A stretch of 64,000 nt of DNA from the NCBI GenBank assembly GCA_964016885.1, contig OZ024740.1, forward strand, positions 292,082,001 through 292,146,000. The letters are read 5' to 3'. The DNA is from Eledone cirrhosa (taxonomy: Eukaryota). Numbering within the stretch: position 1 is the stretch's first letter; each line of letters opens with the position of its first letter. The position numbers and the translations under genes are program-made. The notes beneath the pieces are model-generated. The model was not told the DNA's origin. It was given only the letters and a program-made list of their open reading frames with translations, and ran no database searches. Of the stretch, positions 25,120 to 40,387 are shown in pieces.

Positions 25120-27884
25120 GATCCCAAACCTAATGAAAAACTCATGTACGTAGATACCAAGTCTAACCACCCTAGATCAACATTAAACTCTATCTCTAAG
25201 GGAGTATCCAATAGAATCTCTAATCTATCCTATGACGTAAACATATTTAGCAAAAACTCGCAATATTATAATATGGCATTAGCTAGATCAGGCCATAATA
25301 TAGAGATCGAGTTCCTACCTACAAAAACACATAGCTACAACATTATTTCGCACAATATGTCCATGAGGAAATTTAGTAATAAGAATAGCAACCACACACA
25401 CACTAATACGGAGGATGCCAACAAAAGTAACCCACACCACAGAAATTGCCATAGTACCATAAAAGGAAACAACTCACCAGACATAAAAAACAAAAATAGA
25501 AGAAGAAATAATACATTTTTCAACCCTCCTTTCAATCTAAACGTCTCTACCAACCTACATAGGGCTTTCTTCTCACTACTAGATAAAAACTTCCCATCTG
25601 GCCACAAGTACCATAGCCTTTTAAACAAAAACACTATTAAAATCTCCTACTCTACTACGCCTAACATAGCATACCACATAGCTAGTAGCAATAAAAGAAA
25701 AATTAATTCTTACTTCCAACAAACTAAATCACAACAGACGATAAACCTTCAAAATAACATTATATCAACTAACCCTAATAACAATAGAAATAATAGTAAT
25801 AGCACTGTAAGCAATAACGCTGGGAACGACAACACCCATAACCATAATCCTATAGCTACCATCCAGACTTCTACACAACATAATAACCGGCAGACTAACA
25901 CCCAAAATAATTGTAACTGTAGATCAAATAGAACCTGCCCTTTAGATAAAAAATGCTTAATCAAGAATATCATATACTCATGCACCGTCACAACTAGCAA
26001 CTCTTCTGAAACCTATATAGGCTCTACTTCAAACTGCTTCAAAACCAGATACAATTCGCACCTCCACTCTTTCAAAAAAACACAGTCTAGCCAACTCCAC
26101 CTCACTGTCTAGCTACATACACTATCTAAAAACTAAAAATAAATCTTATACACTTAAATGGGAAGTGATAGGTAACGCAACATCGTACAAACCACCTAAT
26201 AAATTTTGTAACCTCTGTCTACTAGAGACCCATACTATTATCTTCTCAAACCATAACCTCCTTAATAAAAAATCAGAAGTGTTCGCGCCTTGCCAGCACC
26301 GCTTCCGACACTCCTTCCAAAACTTTAAACCCAATATATAACAATGTCAGACTTGAACCCGTCACCACCTCTAGCAACAAACCTCAAGGGCACACCTTAC
26401 ACCACATCTCCACACTCATTGATCCACTTTAACACAAATAGTGACATCCTCCTTGTACCTTTTACTCTAGAGATATCTCCATGTACATCTACTTTTGGTA
26501 TATTTACCTTCATTTACTTAGACTACATTACACCACTATATAATTAATGTAAACTTTAAGCACGGAATTGGTTGTGCTAATGTTGTTCTGTGTATGGAGT
26601 GCCATCATTGGATAAATGGAAGATTAATTAATTTATTAACATAAAAGAGCTATATAACCTATATGCTGAGTGCAATGAATTATGTACAAGTGATGTATGA
26701 GTTATACATACATGTATGACTTGATGGTAAGATTAGTGACATTGTAAGTGAGAATTGATCTCTGGTCTACCCTAGTGATATTTAACTTTACCATGCAATC
26801 AGACATGCACTGTTCCAAAGCTTACCAGGAGTTATATATAGAAGTGATTCTAATAAAACCCTGCCAGGTTCTGCGGGTAGACTACACTTACAAAGATCAT
26901 TGATTTGGAGATCTGACTCTTCATGTAGAATATTCAGTTGTGGCACTCTATGATAGAAGGTAATCGTCCTAATATGAACACCTTTAGTACTTCTTGATAG
27001 ACTACACTGTAATTTATAAATAAGATACTTAAATGTAGAAACTGATTATAACCTTATATGATAGGGACTCATTTGAGAGACCATTTAATGTACATTAGGA
27101 TAATAAATTTAGTTATAGAAATCAGCTAGTTACCTCCCCTCACGCATTAACTCCCCTTAATCACACACACACTTGCGTAAAATAATACGATGTCAATTCT
27201 CGCAACAAAAACAACCTGCTCTATAAAATTGGATTAAAGAACAACAAGATGTAATATTCTAACATAATTCATCAAACATCCAATATTGAATCATCGTAGA
27301 TTATGTGAAGGACATATAATCTATATATTACGTTTCCTGGATTGTGAAAATGGTGAATACGAAAACCATAACATTGTTTTGCTTCTCATTTATAATATTT
27401 TTAATATTTCTCTACACACAAGCGTCTATATCATACATATAAAAAATACTTTACCAATACAACCCCCATAATACTCTTGATTGCCCGCTTAAAGTGCTTG
27501 TATTACATATAACACCCTGCCGCACTATAATCTTATATAAACTAGACACACGTGCATGCCCCATGTGTAACTATTGCATACACTAACTACTTCAAACTAT
27601 CCTCTTGCTTTATCTTCGTAAACTGCCAATGTTGTATTTTAACTTTAATTTTGTTCTTTGATATGACTTTAATCTTTGAATGTAAATTGCCATGCTAAAT
27701 ATTATAATGGATGTCAACCCACTGTGCATCAATATATACATATGTTTCTGTATGTCTCTTGTGTTGAAAAGGTGGTCATGTATGTAAATAATCATTGAAA
27801 AATTGCTCCGAAGACTCCAAACCTCGGTTTGGAAGAAACAATTGTAAGCGAATAAATGGTTTAAACAGAACTTTGATTCATGTA

Positions 27885-27890
<6 letters not shown>
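25120..27890 (+). mobile_element. 5'-truncated Penelope-like element (RT tail, Asn-rich linker, GIY-YIG, long 3' UTR, terminal hammerhead)
   Basis: KPNEKLMYV..KSNHP, FFNPPF, IKISYS, CNCR..RTCPL..KC..IIY...YIGST...FKTRY; frameshift near 26075, then CNLCLLE...CQH. Hammerhead at 27803. Continuity of the UTR is inferred. Confidence 0.8.
27803..27851 (+). ncRNA. Degenerate type I hammerhead
   Basis: TTGCT-CCGAAGA-CTCCAAACC-TC-GGTTTGGAA-GAAA-CAATTG-TA-AGCGA, with a U-to-C change in the core. Confidence 0.65.
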
Positions 27891-27922
<32 letters not shown>

Positions 27923-29055
27923 CTATGAAAGATTCGAATCCTTCATATTACCATATTCTACTACCCCAAGTCTCGAGTACTTTGGTGAGTAATGGTCTAA
28001 CAGGTTTTTATTGCATCCATTCTGATTTATATCTATATCTATTAAAAAAACTAGCATGTATAATGTGTATATTGATATTATACGCAAGTATATATACATG
28101 TAGATATGATACGTCAAATAAAATCGTAATTGACAATATACACAGAAATTGAACCAACACTGTGTTACACTGTCTTATGTAATCAGTAACGTAATCCATG
28201 ATACATTAAAAAAAGACGATATTATATATAAACTGCATTAGGAGAAAATTAGTGACAGAAAATTAATATGTTATTTAAGCGATCGCCACCGGAAGTGTTG
28301 ACATTTGAAATTTTTAAAGAAGTGAATCTTTAAATAAATAATAAAATATATTTGATCAACAGCCACGAAATTTAGTAGATAAATTATGTAATATTTATTC
28401 AAAGTAATCCAACTTATTTTACTAATGGGATAAAAAATTATAAACCGTATGCAGTCCCGCGCTTCTTACTTTATTATAGTTTAGATTCAATGCGGGAAAA
28501 AGTGGACATAGTCACCTGTAGGAATCATAATTACATTTGCCGGACAACTGAATTACTAAAGTGCGACTGAGCACATATCCGTCATTTTAAAGCATTATCT
28601 GTCAGTCAAGAAAGGTATAGCGGCAGATCTGAGCTCCATCCCCCCCATGCAACTCTGTCCACTTTGTACCGTCTCTAGGGGTTTATGGGCCCAACTTGTT
28701 CGACTATTTAATAGTCAAACATACTTTCAAAATTCAATCTCACTCAGCTCTTCGTAAAACGCTTATTTATTTGTTTACAACTCCTGGCTTATATATTGGA
28801 CTACAATCCTTATTATTCTCTTCTGTTTCACTATTTCTCTCCTTTCTATATTTTCTTTTCTTTGGCTAAGCCGTTGTGTAATTTGTCTAAAGACATAACT
28901 TATCTCTATCTGTTTTATCATGTCCCAATGTGAACTGGAGTCAGTGGTGTCAACATTAATGTACCAAAACCAGGGATTTTCAAATTTTGACTGAGGAGAT
29001 GAGACTGTCCGTCTTTCCGTTGTTTTTTTCATTGTCTATTTTGAATACACACACA

Positions 29056-29189
<134 letters not shown>

Positions 29190-29193
29190 TACA

Positions 29194-29235
<42 letters not shown>

Positions 29236-29409
29236 TTTCATACTTGATGACCCAATATATATATCTTGGATTTATTGTCAGTTGACGTCCATCCATTTTC
29301 GCGTAGATTATTGCTAGATATTCCAATATAATTTGTTTCACACCCACACCATATCAAAACATAGACGAGGTTACCAAATAAATAGATGAAACTCGATTTA
29401 AGTTTAAAA

Positions 29410-29680
29410 TTTTCCCATGGAATGAATCTAAATTTGTCAACCAAAACTTCGTCCAGGACCCCACATCTAAACCAGTCGACTTTGACCTTCCCAGAAAGCA
29501 ATGGGTGTCCCTTAATCGGATCCGCATGACACATGCCAGGACAACTCGTCATCTCCATCGATGGAAAATGAAAGACAGGGGGGGGGGACCCTGACCAGAC
29601 AGTGCTGCATGTTGTTCGGGATTGCCTCCTCAGATGTTTTCTCGGCGGCCTTTAGGCAATCCATAATACTACAAATGATG
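29410..29680 (+). mobile_element. Vingi/Ingi-like LINE 3' fragment
   Basis: QDPTSKPVDFDLPRKQWVSLNRIR; homologous in reverse orientation to ~59720-59982. Confidence 0.7.
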
Positions 29681-31192
29681 CTATAGTCTGACTCATTAAT
29701 CTCGATGAGTCCCTCTAACCATTTACGACAGGAAGAAGAATGTTTTCGTTGTCGTTTGCTCTTTAAAATATATTGATTTCCCAAGATTTTGTTTTCATTT
29801 TTTACCATTAGAAAAGATGGACAGATTCCTATGAATATGATTATAAATTTCAATATTCCTTGGCTTAGCCAATGGATGTGTTTCCTTTCAGTTTATTTGT
29901 TACTGCCCGTAAATCTTGAATATTTATACTTTTCCCTCTTTTTATTCCACCCTTCACTAAACTGTCGGATAATTTTCGGAGAATTAAGTTACTTTGTAAT
30001 GCTATCAGTTTTGGGTTTCTTATTGTCTGATTGGAAACAATTGTGCATATTGGTTTTGCCAAAATAAAAAGAATATGTTCTCGTGTATTAATAAAAATAC
30101 ACTTCTAAATGCATTGATTTTTTTTCTTTCGTTTCTACCCCAATATAGAAACTACGCAATACGACAATTGCAATCTGATCACGCCCGTCGTCCTCATATC
30201 AGTAATTGGGACATATCAGTGTTTATTTTCCCGGATAGGGGATAGTGGAATGGTTTAGTGAGCGAGGTCAAATGTGGTATGAGTCTAGTGAGCGAGGTCA
30301 AATGTTTCCTTACGGATTACGTTTGCCTGAGTTCGGTTCTAGATGTATTTACAATTAAGTCAAAGCAATTGGATATATATGTACATGTATAAGACCGTCA
30401 ATTGCCCTAACCTGAACGTAAATACATCTTGAACAAATCAAAGTTAGTCACGAACTCTAGCAAAAGTAATCCCTAAACCTATATTCAACTTCACTCACCA
30501 GAAGGAAAATTAAAAACCCACACGTCCTTCAAAACCAAATCCCAACACTTCCAGCAAAACAGCTTGCACTAATTACTGGTAAGCGGAGGATGGACGTCAT
30601 AAGGCTGCATCATTGTATTATATGGTTTCTATAATAATCTGCAGCGACTGCGATGCCATTGTGTAATTGAGCATACATCCACACAGAATCAGAGTAAGCA
30701 CCATTCTCTGACCATATACCCCCCAACCAACCTAATCTGACTTGCAAACATCTGCCGAAATGAACCGCAAGCTCAATAACCATAACCTAAACTATACAAA
30801 CCTAAATACTGGAATCACTGATTAACCTAATCCAAACCCTACGCCGCTTAACAAACTGATAAACCTGAGCAAAATAACGAAGTTACAGGCCCAGCGAAGA
30901 AACTGAATGAAGTTACAAGCCCAGCAAATTAACGGAAGGAAGTTACAGCCCCATCAAAGAAATGACCGGTTAGATTCACGCGTAACAATACAAAACCACT
31001 TGCCACCTCCACAAATTATAAAAAATGCATACATGTTAACTATAAACATAATTTCATACGAAAGACAGATTAAAGCAAACCCAGATAACGTGAAATAATA
31101 AAATGAAGGAAACTCTAATCAGAAACCTATTATAAATCAAACAACACAATAAACATTAATTGAAAAGAATAATGCAAAATACTTTTCAGTTT

Positions 31193-31562
31193 ATAATAAT
31201 TGTTTCTACTTTTGGCACAAGGCCAGCAATTATTCCAGTGCATCACTGGTACTTTATTTTATCGACCCCGTAAGGATGAAAGACAAAGTTAACCTCGGCG
31301 GGATTTGAACTCAGAACGTAAAAGGCCATAACTCCATGCTGCAAAGCAAGGTGTCTGGCGCTCTACCGATATTGCCAATAAGGTTTATAATAATGGTATC
31401 AGATATAGGCACAAATCCAACCATTTGCTGGGCAGGAGAAAGTCGATTAAATCATCTCCAGTGGGTTCCTGGTGTTATATTTTATCGACCCCGTAAGGAT
31501 GAAAGGCTAGGCTAACTTGGGTGGGATTTGGAATCAGTACATAAAGGGCCGTAACTCTATGT
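31193..31562 (-). mobile_element. Two adjacent SINEs: main family 31193-31379 and an older variant 31388-31562
   Basis: Both contain TTTTATCGACCCCGTAAGGATGAAAG and the B-box complement. Confidence 0.85.
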
Positions 31563-31879
31563 CACGAATCTCAATTAAAAGCTAAATAAATGTTATTGAA
31601 ATATCATTTCTTCCGAACTCCCTCTGTGTAATTCCACCCAACGATAAAACGAACACGCAAAATAATAGAACCGCTGCCAAATAACTACACGTGTCCCCAG
31701 AAGCCACGAGCTCTAATTCTTCCTCCTTCCGTCCCGACAGCTAATGGTCTACAACCTACATTCTTAGCCTGCAGGTTAGCAAACTTACTAAGAATCCCAA
31801 AGCATCGCCACTCCATATAGGGTTGTTGTTTGGCCAAGAACGGCCAAACAACAACCCTAGCCAAAGATGCATGCATGCG

Positions 31880-32215
31880 TAGTCCCGTAACTCCTGGAGA
31901 AGTCGTAGGGGCACAGTATTGTCATACGGTATTTCTAGGGCATATTTTCAAAAATCTGGTGGAGCCCAATCCTCTCCAGGTCTAAATACAGAAGATTTCT
32001 TCCAGAGAAGGATAGAATGAGTGAGAGAATGAAAGTGAGAAAGAGATATAGGGGAAGAATTGACCCATTACTTGACAGGTACTTTTTTTAATCAACTTCG
32101 AATGGATGAAAGGCGAAGTTAACCGCGGCAGGATTTGAATTCAGAGAGCAGAGAGCCGAAACGAATATTGCAAAGCATTCTATCCGACGTTCCAACGACT
32201 CTGCCAATTCGCCGA
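31880..32215 (-). mobile_element. Long-tailed older SINE variant; partial inverted sister copy at 32825-33065
   Basis: Same central domain (GGATGAAAGGCGAAGTTAACC) with a different ~200-bp tail shared with 32880-33062. Confidence 0.75.
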
Positions 32216-33145
32216 CGCCAGCCAAAGATACCTAGCCAAAATCACACATGACCCAAGACAATACTATCATAACACATATACCACTACGTGCTTCTAATGA
32301 AATCTCTATATAAATTTGAACGATTTCCGTCCGTCACACAATGTGTGTTTGTGTGAATGTATGTGTATTTGTGTGAATGTATGTCTGTGGGTGTGTATTT
32401 TTGTATGTGTGTCTATGTTTTCGCGTTTATATTTACATACTCATACGTACAGTTTTATGCTTTGTTATATTTTAATTCACACTCATGTGTGTATGAATAT
32501 ATTTCACTCACTTTTTTATAATGATTAAGGCTCGATTTTATTCTCTGAATTCTATCTTGACTGTTTTTAGAGACAAGACATATGTTTGATTTTGTATCAT
32601 TCATGACATCCTTTACTTGGAATGTAATATAATAATATACTCATACATATAAATGTATGCATATGCACATAGGCACACGCACGCACACATAGACATACGC
32701 GTCAGCGAATTCCAGTAATATAAATTACCCTTGAACTTGAACATAAACCGTCATATATAAATCTGATGTTATCGATGAACGGAAGCAAAACAATATCAGC
32801 TGATCCCACCTAGGGACCTTAGTATCTGAAGTCAACTTTACCTTTCATCGAAGTCTATAAAAAAAGTACCAATCAAGAACTGGGGTCGATTCTTCCTCTA
32901 TATCTCTTTCACACTTCCATACTCTCACTCTCTATCCTTCTCTAGCAGAAATCTGCTGTCTTCAGACATGCAGAGGGATGCGTTCTGCCAGGTTTTAAAA
33001 TGCCCTAGAAACGCCCTATGTCAATATGGCGCCCCTACGACTCCCTCAAAAGTTACGGGATCACGTATGTGTATATGTGTATCTGTGTATTTTAATATAC
33101 GTAACGATATTTATATTTTCTCGAATATCCAATCATTGTATTTCA

Positions 33146-33250
33146 TAATTGTTTCTATTTTTTGGCACCAGGCCAGCAATTATCTCAGTGCATTACTGGT
33201 ACTTTATTTTATCGACCCCGTAAGGATGAAAGGCAAAGTTAACTTCGGCA
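33146..33250 (-). mobile_element. 5'-truncated SINE, main family
   Basis: 3' half of the SINE consensus. Confidence 0.85.
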
Positions 33251-33299
33251 TTAGATATGAATTTTGTTTTCATGTTAATGGAGCCCCCTGTTGAAATGA

Positions 33300-33794
33300 T
33301 TTGCAGCGTTCAATAAAAAAAACGAACGCCCACCGCGCCCAATAACAACAAATGGAACCCCGCTGCGCCCAATAAAAAAAAACCGGAACCCACGCAGCGC
33401 CAAATATAAGAGAAATGGATTCTCCGCGGCGCCAAATAAAAATCAGAACCCCTGCAGCGCCCAATAAAAAAAACAGACCCGCCGCAGCGCCTAAACAAAA
33501 CGGACCACCCGTCGCGCCACCCCAATGGACCTCACGCGGCGTCCAATAAAAAAACAGCTCCCCGCAGCACTAAATAAAAAACCGACCCCCGTCTAACCTA
33601 ATAAAAAAATGGACCCCTCACTGCGTATGGTAAAAAATAGACGCCCCACCACGCCCGATAAACAGCGGATACCCGCCGCACCCAATAAAAATAACCGACC
33701 TAGAATTGAACCCCGAACCCTGAACCCTGAACCCGAAACCCTGAACACCCACCTTCCCTCGAAACCCGAACCCGAAACCCGAAACCCGAAACCC

Positions 33795-33797
<3 letters not shown>
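33300..33797 (+). repeat. Degenerate ~30-bp tandem repeat followed by an (AACCCG/AACCCTG)n tract
   Basis: Units such as CCCGCAGCGCCCAATAAAAAAAACGGAA up to ~33700, then ACCCGAA-type repeats at 33709-33797. Confidence 0.85.
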
Positions 33798-33864
<67 letters not shown>

Positions 33865-33868
<4 letters not shown>

Positions 33869-33907
33869 TCCTGATGAAGGGTAATGACCCAGAAACATGT
33901 TGATTGT
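33865..33907 (+). ncRNA. Minimal type I hammerhead
   Basis: ACAGTC-CTGATGA-AGGGT-AATG-ACCCA-GAAA-CATG-TT-GATTGT. Confidence 0.75.
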
Positions 33908-34025
33908 TCCTCAATGCCAGTGTTGAACAAACGGATGACGATTTGTCATAGCTTTGACTGGGCCGTTTGTTTACAAACGAATCGATTATTATAATTAATA
34001 TTCGTATAACTCATACTTACATATG

Positions 34026-34064
<39 letters not shown>

Positions 34065-34177
34065 ATATATATATGTGTGTGTGTGTGTTTGTATATATAT
34101 GTCTGTACGTATGCATACTTACATTTATTTATCAGCTGTGCTAGGGTGAGAAATAAAATTCTAATTTCATATATAAA

Positions 34178-35000
34178 CTAGATCACCAGTGACCCGTTGG
34201 GTCACGTTCACTTCACAATATTTTTAAAAAAATCATGTTCACTTAAAAATAATTTTTAAATAATTGAAATATACACAGACATGTATATAATGTGAAATGA
34301 AACTGGGAGGCCCATATATATACGTGTGTGTATGTATATATATTATCGGTGTAAAGAAAGCTAAAATATAAATACTTACTGTACGAACAATTTGTATTTT
34401 CGAAATCACATTCACTTAAAAATATTTCTAAATAGTTAAAATATTGTTTAACAAGAGCAAAAATATAAACATTTACTGTAAAAACAACTCGTATTTTTTA
34501 GTCATATTCACTTAAAAATGTTTTTTTTTTAATATATAATTAAAATATCGTCTGTTTAAAGAAAGCTGAAATATAGATACTTGTTCAAACAACTTGTATT
34601 TTTGAAATCATATTCACTGACAAATCACTGAAAAATATTTTTTTAATGTATTTTTAAAATCCTCTTCACTTAGAAATATTTTTTGAATAATTAAAATATT
34701 GTCTTTATCCGATTTACGCCAAATTTGTTTTATTCTGTTTGTAATCTCATTTCACGGTTATTTTACTCAGAGTATTTTTCCATTACACACCATTTTGGCT
34801 ATTTATGAAGGTACCCGGAAAAATCCCATATCTCGGGAACCCGTGCTTCGATTTGCGCGAAATTTGTTTTATTCTATTTGTATTCCCATTTCAGGGATAA
34901 CTTCCTTCCAAAGTATTTTCCCAATATGCGCCCTTTTGGTTGTATTACATTACAGACAAGCAAGCAAGCAATCACAGAGTTTTAGTATGATATAGATAGA
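34178..35000 (-). mobile_element. Non-autonomous Helitron
   Basis: Minus 5' end A|TCTAT; 3' hairpin GTGACCC-AAC-GGGTCAC followed by CTAG|T; internal ~100-bp subrepeats. Confidence 0.75.
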
Positions 35001-35751
35001 TGTGTGGAACTAATCAGTGAGAGTGAGGTAGAGTTCTGTGGCGTTGACACAGATAAACTGGTTCTCCTACTTAGACTTACATGTGGCAGTGAATACTTAA
35101 ATAATTATGACCATAGCAGTTTCTGCCCCAGTAGACCAATAAGAGGTAGCCCCCACCATAACTTCAATGGCGAAAAAGACTAGGTAGATGGAATTGGTGG
35201 ACCAAAGCCTTACGGACACCCAAGAATAACGATCAGGTGAGAAAAATGACCGCACATACAGTAGGGGCTTGTATTAAAACTACCCGGCACATACAGCAGG
35301 GGCTAGTATTAAAACTACCCGGAATGGACATATGTTTAAATTTAATCTAAATTATAAATTGGTCAAACATACAGAAAATTAAAGCAGTATTGGAAAGGAC
35401 TATACATTTCATAAATGAGAAAAGAATGAGGGGAAAGGCAAGGACTATTAGACAAAGGAAGAAATAAAGGGTGAAGAGAAGAGGACAGATTCTACACCTT
35501 GGTTAGAACGGTGTTTCAGCTGCGGTCAAAATGGCAAAGGCGTTTCCGCCTACAATGGCCAGCGACACCCGCTGCAACAGCCAGCCCACCCTAATATGTA
35601 TTTCTATGGTGAAATGGTTACGTCATTATACCATGGCGCAATCCATGACATGGCACCATCAGATGGCCCACAAGGTAATCAATTTGTAAGGCACTGTAAT
35701 GTATTGATATGGAGACAGACATGCGTTTGATGTTATTATACCAGAGCACAA

Positions 35752-35790
<39 letters not shown>

Positions 35791-35919
35791 CCCTACCTCG
35801 GCCCCAAACGGTTTCGGCTTGTGCGTTCAGCAAGCCTTTTCAAAGCTATACCCACTCTGCATCTCCCCATGTATTGAGTGCTCCCATGATTAGTGGTCTC
35901 CCCGGTCTCAGCACTGCAG

Positions 35920-35987
<68 letters not shown>

Positions 35988-36032
35988 CCCCCTCTCTCTC
36001 TATGTATCTATCTCCCCCCCTCTCTGTATATC

Positions 36033-36113
<81 letters not shown>

Positions 36114-36425
36114 GTAGATACATGCGTACATATATACATAACCTTTTTTTAATGATAATTTCGTATATAAATACATGTTCATTTTCAAGGAAAACCTTTT
36201 GAATGAATTGCCTAAGCATTGACGTAAAGAGTCATTGTTCGGTTGATATACGAAGAAAATGCTCTAAGCTGCAGATTATCTCTTCATTTTGATTAGAGTT
36301 AATCTATGCACAGAGTATACAATGAGAACGTACGGACTAAAAGTAGTTTGATACATCATTCATTGGATTTTAAATGTTCCTATTGTTTTCTCTCTTTTAT
36401 ATTAAGCTATTGGGGTTTTCCAGCC

Positions 36426-36490
<65 letters not shown>

Positions 36491-36778
36491 GTATATGTGT
36501 TTGTGTGTGTATAGTCAGAGGTAGATAGTTAAATTAGTTCATGAACTAATTAACTACCTACCTCTGGCTTCTGTCTTATTTTCATTGTTCTATACACAAA
36601 CACATATATATTTAAATGACTCTGTAACCTGGGTAGATTCTTCTTCGTTGAAACCTTAAGCGTTGGTCACCTACTACAAAAACTACTGGTCACACGGCCT
36701 AATCTCGCTGAAACCATCTTTCCAAGGGTACATCGAGTTCTAACAACGTTACCAGCCCTACCACAACCAGGTGGAATA

Positions 36779-36860
<82 letters not shown>

Positions 36861-37051
36861 GGTTATGCACGAGTGCATTAATGTTTTCCAGGACACAGTG
36901 TTATGTACCGTGTAGTGGAATGTCAGCTTACAACAGAGTGGTGCTCAACGAAATGCAGAAAATAGGTGTATATTCCAGTTTAGCTATATTCCCGGGCGTG
37001 TATAAAGAATTAAAAAGAACAGAAAGATGCAGTAAAAGAGATTTATTCGGT

Positions 37052-37166
37052 TCTTACGTACGTTTCAATAGACATCAATTTGCCTAGATCTCGCTACATC
37101 TATAATATTATATATTTAGTAGAGCATTCGATATCAAATGCACAATCGATCCCATATCATCAGAGA
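37052..37166 (-). ncRNA. Type I hammerhead with a 90-nt stem II region; mutated mirror copy at 37380-37494 (+)
   Basis: TCT-CTGATGA-[TATGGGATCGATTGTGC...GCAAATTGATGTCTATT]-GAAA-CGTACG-TA-AGA. Confidence 0.65.
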
Positions 37167-37175
37167 TTATATAAT

Positions 37176-37363
37176 TGTTTCTACTTTTGGCACAAGGCCA
37201 GTGATTATCCCAGTACATTACTGGTACTTTATTTTATCGACCCCGTAAGGATGAAAGGCAAAGTCAACCTCGGCAGGATTTGAACTCAGATCGTAAAGGG
37301 ACGTAACTATGCTGGAAAGCATGGCGTCCGACCCTCTACCGATACTGCCAATCCACGCACATT
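37176..37363 (-). mobile_element. Full-length SINE, main family, 17-bp TSD
   Basis: TSD at 37159-37175 and 37364-37380. Confidence 0.93.
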
Positions 37364-37538
37364 ATCAGAGATTATATAATCTCTGATGATATGGGATCGA
37401 TTGTGCATTTGATATCGAATGCTCTACTAAATATATAATATTATAGATGTAGCGAAATCTAGGCAAATTGATGTCTATTGAAACGTACGCAAGAACCGAA
37501 TAAATCTCTTTTACTGCATCTTTCTGTTCTTTTTAATT

Positions 37539-38168
<630 letters not shown>

Positions 38169-38408
38169 AGGAGTTGACGGACCCAACATATTTATCAATG
38201 CCAGGACCGGTTGTAACTCAGCGTACTCAATAGGCAATGTAGGATACATTCCAGAGTATACACATAGTTATGCGCTTCAATACAACACACGTAAAACGGG
38301 TGCCTATAATAGTTCCCGGACTCGAGTTTCGGCCACACTTAATGCAGCAGTAGGGTGCACTGCACCCTCTGTCTGCATATATATATATGTACATATAAAT
38401 ATATACAT

Positions 38409-38484
<76 letters not shown>

Positions 38485-38496
38485 ATGTATGTATGC

Positions 38497-38536
<40 letters not shown>

Positions 38537-38702
38537 GCATACATACATGAGCACACACACACATACATACATACTGCTCTGTATACACACATACACACCC
38601 TTATATTAACATACTTTTGCTCATAGCTTCGTACTTACATGCACACACACTCTTTTACTCACATATACACACACATTTCTTCTTAGCTTCGTACGGACGT
38701 AT

Positions 38703-38754
<52 letters not shown>

Positions 38755-38799
38755 ACACAGACACACACAGACACACACACACACATGCTTACGCACGTG

Positions 38800-39125
38800 C
38801 ACAAGTATAGCTCTTTTTACAAACGTTTTTTTTCCATTTCAGGGAGACGTGTTCCATTATCCACTTTTCTAAAAAATAAATCATACACAAAACGGCAGCA
38901 CCAACAGTTTTGCAAGAGATGTCAACATGAATGGACCTGTTATTTTTATCTAAAGACATTTTTTTCCAATTCCAGCCCGCCCGTCCCTTCAATCTCTCTT
39001 ATTTCTCATTCTTTCTTCTGTTGAAGGACTAGCGTCGGAAACGTTAAGACCTTCAAGCGTTAATCTAATATATTCCTTCCATATACTGTACCGATTGTGT
39101 TGTTATTTCTGTTTCCTTTTCTTTT
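38800..39125 (+). mobile_element. Penelope-like 3' end with degenerate hammerhead (39014-39049)
   Basis: RETCSIIHFS...RCQH-like tail, then TCTT-CTGTTGA-AGGAC-TAGC-GTCG-GAAA-CG-TT-AAGA. Confidence 0.55.
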
Positions 39126-39127
39126 AC

Positions 39128-39180
<53 letters not shown>

Positions 39181-39504
39181 AAATAGGATTTCGCTTCAAG
39201 CATAGTTTTATACAATATGTATAAATATTTCGTATCTCCAAAGTTTTAGGAAGCCGTAGCTATGCAAACAATTGTCAGTACTGTGAATAAAGCCCTTATT
39301 GTACAGCCAACCATATTACTCTTATTTCTTGAATTATTATTACTCCAAGTATAACCTACATAGAAATCACCGTGAACTCGCTGCATCACTATGGAAGCGT
39401 CCTGTTGAGTCAAACTAAGCCATACGTTAATACCATCCACAACACGGAGTACTCTAACTGGACTACCTCTAAGTGGACTGCTTATAACGATAACTTGTTA
39501 TCCC

Positions 39505-39567
<63 letters not shown>

Positions 39568-39906
39568 GAGAAGAAAGAAGAATACTACGTGGTTGCACAT
39601 TGGTTACATATGATAAAATTAGTCCTTCGTCAGTGATTTGCCAACCATCATTGATATTTCGTTGCATTAAAAATCATATATCTCAGGTTGGTGCGAGCAA
39701 TAACTAAAAAAAGCTATTGGGACAAGTAAATCGCGTAAAGCGAGTGAGACAAGTAAACAACATAGAAGGATGAAAGCAACGCAAAGATGGGAATAAACAA
39801 GCAACATGGTTATCCGGTCAGCATAAGCTGGGTGGATTTCATGAGCGATCAAGATACAGACCGTCCGACGTGAGTGAGATGTGAGCAAGAAGAGAACCCA
39901 CTACTA

Positions 39907-39953
<47 letters not shown>

Positions 39954-39958
<5 letters not shown>

Positions 39959-40387
39959 CGTGAACCTAATAAACACATATTTGTACTGCCTCTCTGTTTT
40001 TGTTCCCGTCTAAGTTTTAACTATACGATACACGCTCACACGGATTCCACACCACCTTGGAATACCACCTTGACCACCGGCTCAACCCCGATTTAATCCG
40101 CCGTGACAAACCTCTGAACTTTCCTCAAACTCTCCCACAAACCTTTTCTTCCCTTGTTTATTGTTTCCTATTCTATCGTTTTTCCTCCCTTTTCTCTCCC
40201 CACTTTTTTCAAAATGGCTTTCCACCACTCCCACACACACCCTCGGAATTCTCTTCCTGCCCACTTTTCTCCTGATGAAGGGCTTATGCCCGAAACGTCG
40301 TTCCCCACCCCCACCCCACTCTCAAAAGCGTGAACCTAATAAACTCTTATTTGTACTGCCTCTCTGTTTTTGTTCCCGTCTAAGTTT

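Noticed and set aside
25039-25120. N-terminus of the 357-aa ORF as a novel fusion protein
   Set aside because: Antisense Tc1 sequence that happens to be open in frame with a 5'-truncated Penelope insertion.
28493-28671. Small MITE with AAAGTGGACA/TGTCCACTTT inverted ends
   Set aside because: Inverted match is short and no TSD can be identified.
33709-33797. Telomere or interstitial telomeric array
   Set aside because: Units are irregular AACCCG/AACCCTG rather than (TTAGGG)n; more likely subterminal repeats of a DNA element.
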